Positions 49,204 through 59,289 of a stretch of 64,000 bases of DNA are shown in pieces. The notes beneath the pieces were generated by a model, which made no database searches, was not told where the DNA came from, and saw nothing but the letters and a program-made list of their open reading frames with translations. Origin of the DNA: Thermodesulfobacteriota bacterium. GTDB taxonomy: Bacteria; Desulfobacterota; Binatia; Bin18. Numbering within the stretch: the first letter of the stretch is position 1; each line of letters begins with the position of its first letter. A program made the translations under genes and the position numbers. The stretch spans positions 1,824,001 to 1,888,000 of the forward strand of contig OZ219926.1 of the NCBI GenBank assembly GCA_964291405.2, read 5' to 3'.

Positions 49204-51783
49204 GTGATGAAAAAATCGAGAACGTGGGCATACGGCCTGCTGCTCGTTCTGTTCCTCAGCCTGGGAGTCGCGCCGGTCGGAGCCCAGAATGCGGACCCCC
49301 CATCGGAGGCACAGCAAGAACAGGAAGGGGTCGTAGAGCTGGAAGGCGTCAGGGTGCTGGGCTCCCGTCATACCGCACGCTCGGCACGGGACTCGCTGGT
49401 GCCGGTGGACGTAATCCAGAGGGAAGACTTGCAGACCTATGGCATCCGGGACATGGACACGCTGCTGTCCGCCAGCGTGCCGTCCTACAACGTCAACCGG
49501 CGTGCCGGCGATGCCGCCGCACTGGTCCGGCCGGCCAATATGCGCGGCCTGCCGCCCGACTCCACCCTGGTGCTGGTCAACGGCAAGCGCCGGCATCGCG
49601 CCGCGGTGATTACCTTCCTGGGCAACGGTATTTCGGACGGCGCGCAGGGGGCTGATATTTCGGTGATTCCGGCCATTGCGCTCAAGCGGCTGGAAGTTTT
49701 GCGCGACGGTGCTTCGTCTCAGTACGGCTCCGACGCCATTGCCGGAGCGTTGAATTTCGTGCTGCGCGACGACGCCGAGGGAGCCATGCTGGAAACCCGC
49801 TGGGGCCAGAACTACCACGGCGATGGCGACAAAGTGAGCGTTGCCGGCAACCTCGGCCTGCCGTTGACCGAGAATGGCTTTGCCAACTTCAGTTTCGAGT
49901 TCATGAATGGAGACGAAACCAGCCGCAGCGTGCAGCGCAACGACGCGCGGGAGCTGATTGTCGCCGGCAATGACCATGTTCGTCAGCCGGCGCAATTTTT
50001 CGGCACACCTGCCGTACAGTACAATTACAAATTCTTTGGTAACCTGGGCCTGGACCTGACCGACAGGCATAGCCTGTATGCGTTTGGCAACTATGCCGAA
50101 CGCAAGGCCGAAGGCCACTTCTTTTTCCGCAATCCCAACACCCGAAGCGGGGTGTTCCGGGGCGACCCGCTTGAAGACGGCACGCCGACGATCCGGGTGG
50201 CCGACCTGTCCGACGATCTCAAAGGCTGTCCGGTGGTACCGGCCAACCCGGCCGCAGACTACACCAATGTGAATCTGCCGGCCCACTGCTTTATTTTCAA
50301 TCAGCGCTTTCCGGGCGGCTTTGCGCCGCGGTTCGGTGGCTCTATGCAGGACTGGAGTGTCACCTTCGGCCTGCGCGGAGAACTGTCAGGCATGCTGGAC
50401 GACTGGCACTACGACATGAGCGCCAGCTTCGGTCGAAACAGTATTGATTTCTTCATGCACAACACCATCAACCCGCAGCTCGCCCACCTGCAGACCGCCA
50501 TTCCAACCTCGTACAAACCTGGCAGCTATAGCGAATTCGACAAAGTGTTCAATTTTGACGTCTCCAAGCCGTTCGACTTGGGCCTCTTCTCTTCCGCGCT
50601 AAACCTCGCCTTTGGACTGGAATACCGAGAGGAAGAATTTTCAGCACACGCCGGTGAGCCGAATTCCTGGAAAATCGAGGAGAGCCTGGCCCGCCAGGGC
50701 TTTGGCATCGGCTCCAACGGCTTTCCCGGCCTCAGCCCCACGCATGCCGGGACGTTCAATCGGGGCAGTTATGCCGGTTATCTCGACCTGGAAGCCGAGG
50801 TGATTAAAAACCTGACCGTCGGCCTCGCCGGGCGGTATGAGGCGTATGAAGGGATAGCAGATACCCTGGACGGCAAGGTCTCGGCCCGCTGGCAATTCCT
50901 GGCCGATATGGCTGTGCGCGGCTCGGTCGGCTCCGGCTTTCGCGCCCCGACTGTGGGCCAGGCAAACATTCGCAATGTCACGACATCACTCATCGACGGC
51001 AGACTGGCGGATGAAGCCACCCTCTCCCCGACCGACCCGATTGCGCGACAGAAGGGCGGCAAGGAACTGGAGCCGGAAAAATCGGTCAATTATTCCGTGG
51101 GCACGGTCTTCAGCCTGGGCAAGCTGGACGTCACCCTCGACTATTACCGCATCAAGATGCAGGATCGCATCGGTTTGACGAAAACGCTGACACTGACCGA
51201 GTCGGATATAGCGTCACTCCTGGCCCGAGGAGTCGCGGACGCGAGCAGTTTCACCGGGGTACGCTATTTTACCAACGATTTCGATACTACCACGCAAGGC
51301 GTCGACCTCGTGGCGACCTACCCGCTGGAGACGTTCGCCGGCAGCACGCTATTCACCTTTGTGGGCAACTGGAACAACACCAAGGTTGACAGCCGCAATC
51401 CAACCATCATTGACGATGGGCGAGTGCGGCAGCTTGAAGACAATCTGCCGGAGTTTCGTTTCTCACTCACGAGTGACCACACCTACGGGCCGTGGCGGCT
51501 CCTGACCCGGCTGCATTTCTACGACGGTTTTTATGCGGCCTATCTGAGGGATTTGCCCATACAGGCGGGCGAACGCTGGCTCGTGGACGCGGAACTCTCG
51601 TACACGTTTATGAACCTGCCGGTCATGGGGATGCTGACCCTCGCCTTCGGCGCCGAGAACCTGTTCGATCAGTATCCGGCCAGAAATCCGTATGCCCGCC
51701 TCGCCGGCGCCAAATATCCGGCCTCGTCGCCCTACGGCTTCAACGGCGGCTTCTATTATCTACGGGCCAGATTTGAGTTTTAA
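49204..51783 (+). CDS. TonB-dependent receptor, paralogue 3
   Basis: Same motifs; ends YYLRARFEF. Confidence 0.95.
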   Translation: MMKKSRTWAYGLLLVLFLSLGVAPVGAQNADPPSEAQQEQEGVVELEGVRVLGSRHTARSARDSLVPVDVIQREDLQTYGIRDMDTLLSASVPSYNVNRRAGDAAALVRPANMRGLPPDSTLVLVNGKRRHRAAVITFLGNGISDGAQGADISVIPAIALKRLEVLRDGASSQYGSDAIAGALNFVLRDDAEGAMLETRWGQNYHGDGDKVSVAGNLGLPLTENGFANFSFEFMNGDETSRSVQRNDARELIVAGNDHVRQPAQFFGTPAVQYNYKFFGNLGLDLTDRHSLYAFGNYAERKAEGHFFFRNPNTRSGVFRGDPLEDGTPTIRVADLSDDLKGCPVVPANPAADYTNVNLPAHCFIFNQRFPGGFAPRFGGSMQDWSVTFGLRGELSGMLDDWHYDMSASFGRNSIDFFMHNTINPQLAHLQTAIPTSYKPGSYSEFDKVFNFDVSKPFDLGLFSSALNLAFGLEYREEEFSAHAGEPNSWKIEESLARQGFGIGSNGFPGLSPTHAGTFNRGSYAGYLDLEAEVIKNLTVGLAGRYEAYEGIADTLDGKVSARWQFLADMAVRGSVGSGFRAPTVGQANIRNVTTSLIDGRLADEATLSPTDPIARQKGGKELEPEKSVNYSVGTVFSLGKLDVTLDYYRIKMQDRIGLTKTLTLTESDIASLLARGVADASSFTGVRYFTNDFDTTTQGVDLVATYPLETFAGSTLFTFVGNWNNTKVDSRNPTIIDDGRVRQLEDNLPEFRFSLTSDHTYGPWRLLTRLHFYDGFYAAYLRDLPIQAGERWLVDAELSYTFMNLPVMGMLTLAFGAENLFDQYPARNPYARLAGAKYPASSPYGFNGGFYYLRARFEF

Positions 51784-51872
51784 GGATGGGAACGGGTGCT
51801 TTTTCTGGAAAAAAAGACAGCAGCTTGTTAGACCGGAGGGGCTGATTCAAACGCACGGAGAGGAGACTGGAG

Positions 51873-54482
51873 ATGCCGGAGATGGAGACCAAGCGATGGC
51901 AATGTGGGGTATTGGTGGGGTTCTGGGTCCTGACAGGCGCGCTGACAGTCTCGGCCCAAGAGACGAGTCAGTCAGAGCCGGCTGCCGCACAAGACATCGG
52001 GCAACAGGAGTCGGTCGTAGGCCTCGAAGCCCTCAAGGTAATCGGCTCCCGCGTGGCGGGCCGCTCGGCCCAGGATTCCGTGGTGCCGGTAGACATTATT
52101 CAGGGCGAGGACTTACAGACCTACGGCATCCGGGACATGGACTCGCTGCTGTCCGCCAGCGTGCCGTCCTATAACGTCAACCAGCAGCCCATCAGCGACG
52201 CTGCCACCCTGATTCGCCCGGCCAACCTGCGCGGGTTGCCGCCCGACTCCACGCTGGTGCTCGTCAACGGTAAGCGCCGCCACCGCGCCTCGGTCATCCC
52301 TGAATTTGGAGGCATTTCAAATGGGTCGCATGGGGCCGATATTTCCGCGATACCGGCCATTGCGTTGGACCGGGTGGAAGTCCTGCGCGACGGCGCCGCG
52401 GCCCAGTACGGCTCCGACGCCATCGCGGGGATTCTGAACTTCAAGCTACGCGAAGACCGGGAGGGCCTAACGGTCCAGACCAGCTATGGCCAGAACTATC
52501 ACGGTGACGGCGACAAGGTGAATGTAGCCGCCAACCTCGGGCTGCCACTGACCGAGCGTGGCTTTGCCAATTTCAGCTTCGAATTCGCCAACGCGGACGA
52601 GACCAGCCGGAGTGCGCAGCGCGCCGATGCTCGAGGCTTGATTGAAGCCGGTAACGAGCATGTACGCCGGCCGGCGACCCAGATTTGGGGGGCGCCCGAA
52701 GTCCAGTACGACTACAAATTTTTCGGTAATTTGGGCTTGGACCTGGAGGAGTTGAACAGTCGCGTGTATGTGTTTGGCAACTATGCGGAGCGCAGAGTCG
52801 AGGGCGGCTTCTTTTTTCGTAATCCCAACACCCGCGGCGGGATATTCGATGGCGGCGAGAATCTCCTGGTCGCCGACCTGTCGGACGACCGTCAGGGCTG
52901 TCCTCCAATTGCGAAGAACCCCGCGGCCGATTATGCCGCAGCATTGGCGGGGTTGCCCGACCACTGCTTCGCCTTTAACGAGCGCTTTCCGGGCGGCTTC
53001 ACGCCGCGTTACGGCGGGGTCGTCGAGGACTGGAGCATCAGCTTCGGCCTGCGTGGGGAAGTCGAGAGCGCGTCGGCGCTGCTCAATGGCTGGTTCTATG
53101 ACGCCAGCGCCAGCTTCGGCCATAACAGCGTCGATTTCTTTATGCACAACACCATCAACCCCCAACTCGCCGCCATGCGCACCAACATCCCGACCTCTTA
53201 CAAGCCCGGCGGCTACCGGGAGTTTGACAAGGTGTTTAACCTGGACATCTCCCGGCCGTTCGATGTGGGGCTGTTCTATTCGGCATTGAACTTCGCTTTC
53301 GGGCTGGAGTACCGCGAGGAAGAGTTTGAGATCAAATCCGGCGGAGAGAACTCCTGGTATGTTGACAACAGTCCCGGCGGCCTGGCGGCTCAGGGCTTCG
53401 GCATCGGCTCCAACGGGTTTCAAGGCTTCGGGCCGGAGATAGCCGGCACGTTCAACCGGGGCAGTTATGCCGGCTATCTGGACCTGGAAGCTGAGGTGAT
53501 CAAAAACCTGACCATCGGCCTCGCCGGGCGGTATGAGGCCTACGAGGGGATCGCGGATACCCTGGACGGCAAGGTCTCCGCCCGCTGGCAGTTGGTGGAA
53601 GCTCTTGCTGTGCGCGGTTCGGTCAGCTCGGGCTTTCGCGCCCCGACCGTGGGACAGACCAACTACCGCAAGACCTCGACCTCACTGGAGGGAAACCGGC
53701 TGGTGGACAACGCGATCCTACCGCCGGACCACCCGGCGGCAGTCCTGAAAGGCGGCAAGCAACTGGAGCCGGAAAAATCGATCAATTATTCCGTGGGTAC
53801 GGTCTTCAGCATGGGCGACCTCGACGTGACCGTCGACTACTACCGCATCAAGGTGCAGGGCCGCCTCGCCTTGACGAGCAATCTCAAGCTGACGCAGGCG
53901 GATATCGACACGCTCCTGGCCCAGGGTCTTTCAGACGCACGCAGCTTCGCGGGGGTGAACTTCTTCACCAATGATTTCGATACCACCACCCAAGGCGTAG
54001 ACGTCGTGGCAACCTATCCGCTCCACACTTTCACCGGTCAGACCCTGCTGACCTTCGTGGGCAACTGGACCGACACTCAGGTGGATAGCTTTAACCCGGA
54101 CATAATCAATCCCAGGCGACGGCGACAGTATGAAGACGCCCTACCGGAGTTTCGCTTCTCCCTCACGGCCGACCACACCTGGGGGCCGTGGCGATTTCTG
54201 ACCCGGCTGCATTACTACGACGGCTTTTTCGAGGATATCGTTGAGGCTGGCTTGACCTCCATAAACGGGGAACGCTGGCTCACCGATATGGAACTCTCCT
54301 ACACCTTCAGGAATCTGCCGTTCATGCAGATGGCGACCTTTGCCCTCGGCGCGGAAAACCTGTTCGACCAGTATCCGCGCAGGAGTCGCTGGGCGCCCGT
54401 GCTCGGCAATAAATATCCGCCCAACTCACCCTACGGATTCAACGGCGGCTTTTATTATCTCAGAGCCAGCTTTGAGTTCTAG
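51873..54482 (+). CDS. TonB-dependent receptor, paralogue 4
   Basis: Same motifs; leader and signal peptide similar to paralogue 2. Confidence 0.95.
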   Translation: MPEMETKRWQCGVLVGFWVLTGALTVSAQETSQSEPAAAQDIGQQESVVGLEALKVIGSRVAGRSAQDSVVPVDIIQGEDLQTYGIRDMDSLLSASVPSYNVNQQPISDAATLIRPANLRGLPPDSTLVLVNGKRRHRASVIPEFGGISNGSHGADISAIPAIALDRVEVLRDGAAAQYGSDAIAGILNFKLREDREGLTVQTSYGQNYHGDGDKVNVAANLGLPLTERGFANFSFEFANADETSRSAQRADARGLIEAGNEHVRRPATQIWGAPEVQYDYKFFGNLGLDLEELNSRVYVFGNYAERRVEGGFFFRNPNTRGGIFDGGENLLVADLSDDRQGCPPIAKNPAADYAAALAGLPDHCFAFNERFPGGFTPRYGGVVEDWSISFGLRGEVESASALLNGWFYDASASFGHNSVDFFMHNTINPQLAAMRTNIPTSYKPGGYREFDKVFNLDISRPFDVGLFYSALNFAFGLEYREEEFEIKSGGENSWYVDNSPGGLAAQGFGIGSNGFQGFGPEIAGTFNRGSYAGYLDLEAEVIKNLTIGLAGRYEAYEGIADTLDGKVSARWQLVEALAVRGSVSSGFRAPTVGQTNYRKTSTSLEGNRLVDNAILPPDHPAAVLKGGKQLEPEKSINYSVGTVFSMGDLDVTVDYYRIKVQGRLALTSNLKLTQADIDTLLAQGLSDARSFAGVNFFTNDFDTTTQGVDVVATYPLHTFTGQTLLTFVGNWTDTQVDSFNPDIINPRRRRQYEDALPEFRFSLTADHTWGPWRFLTRLHYYDGFFEDIVEAGLTSINGERWLTDMELSYTFRNLPFMQMATFALGAENLFDQYPRRSRWAPVLGNKYPPNSPYGFNGGFYYLRASFEF

Positions 54483-54557
54483 CGAGGAGTTCCTGAAAAA
54501 CCGGACGCCGCACGGCGGAGAGCAACCGAGACCGGTGAACAGCAATGGAGGATAAGG

Positions 54558-57134
54558 ATGAGGATAAGGCGGTGGCCGTGTTGGGGAGTAGTGGCGCTCT
54601 TCATCCTGCTGGGAGCAGTGACAGCCAGACCACAGGAAGTGGAATCGCCAGCGGAGGTCGTCGGGCTTGACACCTTGCAGGTTGTGGGGTCGCGTCTGGT
54701 CGGGCGCTCGGCCCAAGACTCACCGGTGCCGGTGGACATCATTCAGGGCGAGGACTTGCAGACCTATGGCATCCGGGACATGGATGCACTGCTGTCCGCC
54801 ACCGTCCCATCCTATAACGTCAACCAGCATCCCATCGGCGGGGACGCCACCTTTGTACGGCCGGCCAATCTGCGCGGAATGCCGCCCGACTCCACCCTGG
54901 TGCTCATCAACGGCAAACGCCGCCACCGCTCTGCGGTCATTGCCTTCTCCGCGGACGGCAGCAATCGCGGGACGCAGGGCGCCGACCTGTCTGTCATCCC
55001 GGCCATCGCACTGGATCGGGTCGAAGTCCTGCGCGATGGCGCCGCGGCCCAGTACGGCTCGGATGCCATCGCCGGTATCCTGAACTTCAAGCTGAAGGAG
55101 GCGTCCGAGGGCCTGTCACTCCACACCAGTTGGGGCCAGACCTATCACGGTGACGGAGACAAGGTGAATGTCGCCGTCAACCTGGGTCTGCCGCTGACCG
55201 ACAACGGTTTTGCCAACTTCAGCTTCGAGTTCCTGAACGCCGACGAAACCAGCCGCAGCGTGCAGCGCAGGGATGCACAAGGGCTGATCGAGGCCGGCAA
55301 TATGCATGTGCGCCGACCCGCGGCCCAGATCTGGGGGGCGCCCGAAATCCAGTACGACTACAAGTTCTTCGGCAACCTCGGCCTGGACCTGGAGGCGCTC
55401 GACGCCCGGCTGTACGCCTTTGGCAACTACGCCGAGCGCAAGGTGGAGGGCGGCTTCTTTTTCCGTAACCCCAACACGCGCGGCGGGATATTCAGGGGCG
55501 ACCCGCTTGAAGACGGCACGCCCACGGTCCGGGTGGCCGACCTGTCCGGCACTGGCCTCGGCTGTCCCGCCGTGCCTGCCAACCCGGCGGCCGACTACAC
55601 CGGCGTGAATTTGCCCGAGCACTGCTTCCTCTTCAACGAGCGCTTTCCCGGCGGTTTCATACCTCGTTTTGGCGGCTACCTCCAGGACTGGAGCATCGCC
55701 TTTGGCCTGCGCGGGGAATTGGAAAGCACATACGGCTTGCTGAACGGCTGGTCATACGACGCCAGCGCCAGCTTCGGCTACAACAGTATTGATTTCTTCA
55801 TCCACAACACCATCAACCCGCAACTGGCCGCCCTGCGCATCGCTATTCCCACGAAATACCGACCCGGTGGAAACGCGCAGTTTGAGCGGACGTTCAACCT
55901 GGATATTGCCAGGCCCCTGGATATCGGCCTCTTCCACTCTCCGCTGAACATGGCCTTCGGATTTGAGTATCACATGGAGGAGTTCGAACAGAAAGTTGGG
56001 GAAGCGCAGTCCTGGTTCATCGATGAAAACCTGAGAAATCAGGGTTTTACCATTGGCTCCAACGGGTTTGCGGGCTACCCGCCGCAGTCGGCCGGCGTGT
56101 TCGAACGCAACAACTATGCGCTGTATCTGGACCTGGAAGCTGAAGTCATACAGTCCCTCAGCCTCGGCCTGGCCGGGCGATATGAAAACTTCGACAGCGC
56201 AATAGGAGAGTCGCTGAACGGCAAGGGGTCGGTCCGCTGGCAACTGCTGGACGCTCTGGCCCTGCGCGGTTCGGTCGGTTCGGGCTTCCGTGCCCCAACA
56301 CCGGGACAGGCGAACATCCGGAAAATCAACTCGCAGTTTACCACCGCAGGCCTAGTCGACCAAGGCATTTTCCCCTCGCATCACCCGGTCTCGGCCTTCT
56401 TCGGAGGCAGGCCGTTGGAGTCGGAAAAATCGGTCAACTATTCCGTCGGCAGCGTGTTCAACGCGGGTGACTTCAGTCTGACCGTCGACTATTATCGGAT
56501 CAAAATTCAGGATCGCATCGGACTGACGCAGGATTTCAGAGTCCCGGACGAGCAGCGGGCGGCCTTCGACCGCCTCGCTCCCGACGCGAGTACCCTCACC
56601 TCGGTGCGCTACTTCACCAATGCGTTTGACACGACCGCGCAAGGGGTCGATATCGTGGCGACCTATCCGCTGGCAACGCGGGTCGGTGACACCATGTTGA
56701 CCTTTGCCGGCAACTGGAACCGGCTGAGGCTCGACCGCTTCGATCCGCACGTCATCAATACCAAGCAGGTGCGTCAGATAGAGGATGGCTTGCCGCAATT
56801 CCGGTTTTCGCTGACCGCGGATCACACCTACGGACCGTGGCGCTTCCTGACCCGCGTGTATTTCTACGACGAATTTTTTGAAGCCCACGCCAACACCGAA
56901 ACGCGTTTCCTGACCGCCGGGGAGCGGTGGCTGATGGATGTCGAAGCCTCGTACACCCTGCTGACGCTGCCCTTCACCCAGGCGGTGATTCTTGCAGTAG
57001 GCGCGGAAAACGTGTTCGACACCTACCCGCGCAGAAATCCGTACGCGCGCGATACGGGCGCGAAATACCCGGAATCCTCACCCTACGGCTTTGGCGGCGG
57101 CTTCTACTACGTACGGGCTGGCTTTGAGTTCTAG
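54558..57134 (+). CDS. TonB-dependent receptor, paralogue 5
   Basis: Same motifs; ends YYVRAGFEF. Confidence 0.95.
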   Translation: MRIRRWPCWGVVALFILLGAVTARPQEVESPAEVVGLDTLQVVGSRLVGRSAQDSPVPVDIIQGEDLQTYGIRDMDALLSATVPSYNVNQHPIGGDATFVRPANLRGMPPDSTLVLINGKRRHRSAVIAFSADGSNRGTQGADLSVIPAIALDRVEVLRDGAAAQYGSDAIAGILNFKLKEASEGLSLHTSWGQTYHGDGDKVNVAVNLGLPLTDNGFANFSFEFLNADETSRSVQRRDAQGLIEAGNMHVRRPAAQIWGAPEIQYDYKFFGNLGLDLEALDARLYAFGNYAERKVEGGFFFRNPNTRGGIFRGDPLEDGTPTVRVADLSGTGLGCPAVPANPAADYTGVNLPEHCFLFNERFPGGFIPRFGGYLQDWSIAFGLRGELESTYGLLNGWSYDASASFGYNSIDFFIHNTINPQLAALRIAIPTKYRPGGNAQFERTFNLDIARPLDIGLFHSPLNMAFGFEYHMEEFEQKVGEAQSWFIDENLRNQGFTIGSNGFAGYPPQSAGVFERNNYALYLDLEAEVIQSLSLGLAGRYENFDSAIGESLNGKGSVRWQLLDALALRGSVGSGFRAPTPGQANIRKINSQFTTAGLVDQGIFPSHHPVSAFFGGRPLESEKSVNYSVGSVFNAGDFSLTVDYYRIKIQDRIGLTQDFRVPDEQRAAFDRLAPDASTLTSVRYFTNAFDTTAQGVDIVATYPLATRVGDTMLTFAGNWNRLRLDRFDPHVINTKQVRQIEDGLPQFRFSLTADHTYGPWRFLTRVYFYDEFFEAHANTETRFLTAGERWLMDVEASYTLLTLPFTQAVILAVGAENVFDTYPRRNPYARDTGAKYPESSPYGFGGGFYYVRAGFEF

Positions 57135-58177
57135 CCTGACCGACGGGTCGGCTGCGGATCAGGCCGGGGAGTTTTCTCCGGAAAAAGGGCGTAGCCGGCG
57201 CGGACCAGGACGATCAGACCGACCGAGTTGTAGACGGCCTCGCGTGCGCGTTTGAGAAGCATGAGCGTCAGACCGGCGCTCTCCTCAATACCGAGCAGAC
57301 GGCAAAGGAAGACCCCACCCGCTTCACGCACCCCCAGCGCGCCCGGTATGATCAACGCCGCGGCTGTGACGGGTTGAATCATGGTTTCAATAATGAGGGC
57401 GTCCATCCAACTGACCGGTGCGCCGATCAGAATCAAAAACACATAGACTTCCACCGCCCCAACCGCCCAGCCCAGAAAATGATACAGGCTGGCCGCAATG
57501 AAATCCTTGGCGTCTCCGTCATACAAATGAAAGAGATGCGTATCGATGTGCTTGGCCCGTTCCTGCCAGTGCGCCAGGCGGCTCCAGCCGGGAAATCGAC
57601 GCCGTAGCCAGCCGACGCATTTTTCAACAAGACCCCGCTGCTGCCAGCGCACAATAACCATCACAAACCCGTACGCCATGACAAAAACGGCACCGAATAT
57701 CCACCAGGCATGGTAGCCGATATCCAGGCGATACAGAAAAAACGGCAGGCCCAGCACAATAAAAGCAACCTGAGAGACGGTCAGGGCCGTCTTGGCAGCG
57801 ACAACCGAGGCCGCGCCAACATCGGAGGTCACGCCGTGTTGTCGCAGGAGATAGACCTTGACAGCCTCGCCACCGACATTCGCCGTTGGGGTCAGATTAT
57901 TGATGGCCTCCCCAGCCAGTCGGGTGAGCGAAAGCTGAAGCAGGGAGAGCTGCCTGGCGGCCACTGAGCCGCCCATGGTATAGCCCCAGCCCTTGGCGTC
58001 AAACAGCGCCACAAAGCTCTGCGGGATCAGGACCAGGGGGGCGAGCCAGCCAATGTGGTAGAGATGCTGTGCGACCTCAGCAATACCGACCTTCCAGAAA
58101 AGAATCCCCAGCAAACTGAGGCCGAGCAGAGCGGCGCCAAGCTGGAGGACCCGGCTCTTTTTCTGCGCGGCGGTCAT
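57131..58177 (-). CDS. hpnL: HpnL-family / LPG-synthase-TM (flippase-like) membrane protein
   Basis: RLAGEAINNLTPTANVGGE, IPGALGVREAG, LLKRAREA; multiple TM segments. Confidence 0.78.
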   Translation of the reverse strand: MTAAQKKSRVLQLGAALLGLSLLGILFWKVGIAEVAQHLYHIGWLAPLVLIPQSFVALFDAKGWGYTMGGSVAARQLSLLQLSLTRLAGEAINNLTPTANVGGEAVKVYLLRQHGVTSDVGAASVVAAKTALTVSQVAFIVLGLPFFLYRLDIGYHAWWIFGAVFVMAYGFVMVIVRWQQRGLVEKCVGWLRRRFPGWSRLAHWQERAKHIDTHLFHLYDGDAKDFIAASLYHFLGWAVGAVEVYVFLILIGAPVSWMDALIIETMIQPVTAAALIIPGALGVREAGGVFLCRLLGIEESAGLTLMLLKRAREAVYNSVGLIVLVRAGYALFPEKTPRPDPQPTRRSG

Positions 58178-58199
58178 ACCTGGGTTTCTCTAGGGAGCG

Positions 58200-58253
58200 A
58201 AAGAGTAAACGTGTCAACAGCTTTGTATCTATTGAAAGACACGTTTACTCTTT
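58200..58253. repeat. ~55-bp palindrome family copy
   Basis: Near-exact reverse complement of 21921-21974. Confidence 0.9.
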
Positions 58254-58322
58254 GCGGACGGAGGAAGGGCGGTACGGGCTGCAAGCAGTCGCTCTCTTGT
58301 CCAGGTGCGTGTCTTGGGTCTG

Positions 58323-59222
58323 TTACTCAGGGGCTCCGGACGGAAGGCCGGCCATCTCTCGGATAACAGTCGCCAGCGCGCCCCAGTCGAGGTCGCCCCG
58401 TCCTCTGGCAAAGGCGGCCCGCAAATGGTTGTCAGCCAGGTCGGCCAGCGGCAGGGGCGCGGCAACATCTTTGGCCAGCTTTTGCATCAGCCCAACATCT
58501 TTCAGTCCCAGCGCCAGCGCAAAGCCCGCAGGAACAAACTCCTGTTTGGCGATCCGGCTGCCATAGCCCTGGAACAGAGGCACGGGCAGCAACGCTCGGA
58601 TCAGCTCCAGAACGGTCTCGTTTTGTAAGCCGCCCTTCTCGGCCAAAGTCAGCGCCTCGCTGATGGTTTCGATGCCGGCAATTACAAAAAAGTTTCCCAC
58701 CAGCTTGAGGACATTGGCGAGGTGAGGCTCTTCACCCACCACGATAACCCCCTGCCCCATGGCCTCGAACGCGGGTCGGCAACGGTCGATGGCCGTGGCC
58801 GGGCCGGCCGGACAGATCCACAGTTTTGCCGCTGCCGCAGCCTCCGGACGGCCGAAGACCGGCGAGGCCACAAAATGCGCCCCTCGGTCGTGATACAGCG
58901 GCGCTAGTTCTTTGGTCACATCGGGCGAGACGGTACTCATATCAACATGAATCCCGTCCGGTTTGAGGCCGGCCAGAATGCCGTCCTCACCTAGCGCAAT
59001 CGCCCGGAGCGCGGCATCGTCAGCAATAATGCTGATCACAATATCGGACTGCGCGGCCAGCTCGCGGGGAGAATCGGCCCACCGCGCTCCGTTTTGGCGC
59101 AAGGTGTCGGCCCGTGAGGCCGTACGATTAAAAACCGCGAGGGGAAAATCAGCGTCGATCAGATTCTGCGCCATGGGCAGGCCCATCCTGCCCAGTCCAA
59201 TAAAGCCAATTGAAGGGGTCAT
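58323..59222 (-). CDS. NAD(P)-dependent beta-hydroxyacid dehydrogenase (3-hydroxyisobutyrate/6PGDH-like)
   Basis: GFIGLGRMG, DMSTVSP, SPVFGRPEAA, KLVGNF, GLKDV. ATG 59222. Confidence 0.88.
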   Translation of the reverse strand: MTPSIGFIGLGRMGLPMAQNLIDADFPLAVFNRTASRADTLRQNGARWADSPRELAAQSDIVISIIADDAALRAIALGEDGILAGLKPDGIHVDMSTVSPDVTKELAPLYHDRGAHFVASPVFGRPEAAAAAKLWICPAGPATAIDRCRPAFEAMGQGVIVVGEEPHLANVLKLVGNFFVIAGIETISEALTLAEKGGLQNETVLELIRALLPVPLFQGYGSRIAKQEFVPAGFALALGLKDVGLMQKLAKDVAAPLPLADLADNHLRAAFARGRGDLDWGALATVIREMAGLPSGAPE

Positions 59223-59247
59223 ATCTGCTTTGTCCTTTGAGTCGGTT

Positions 59248-59284
59248 GGGTCGGTTGGGTCTGTTGAGTCGGACTCAACAGACC
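59248..59284. terminator. Hairpin just downstream of apaG, preceded by short GTCGGTTGG repeats
   Basis: GGTCTGTTGAGTC-G-GACTCAACAGACC inverted repeat. Confidence 0.4.
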
Positions 59285-59289
59285 TAATC

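Noticed and set aside
43567-56888. Long antisense ORFs in the receptor genes (e.g. 44494..45756, 49192..50286) and in metH
   Set aside because: Typical shadow frames of high-GC3 coding sequence; they recur only because the sense genes are paralogous.
43429-57134. Diversity-generating retroelement or shufflon behind receptor variation
   Set aside because: No reverse transcriptase or recombinase, no adenine-specific template/variable pair, and all copies are full-length and co-oriented.
19967-58253. Palindromic repeats as a CRISPR array or integron attC array
   Set aside because: Copies are dispersed among core genes in both orientations, with no regular spacers, cas genes or integron integrase.
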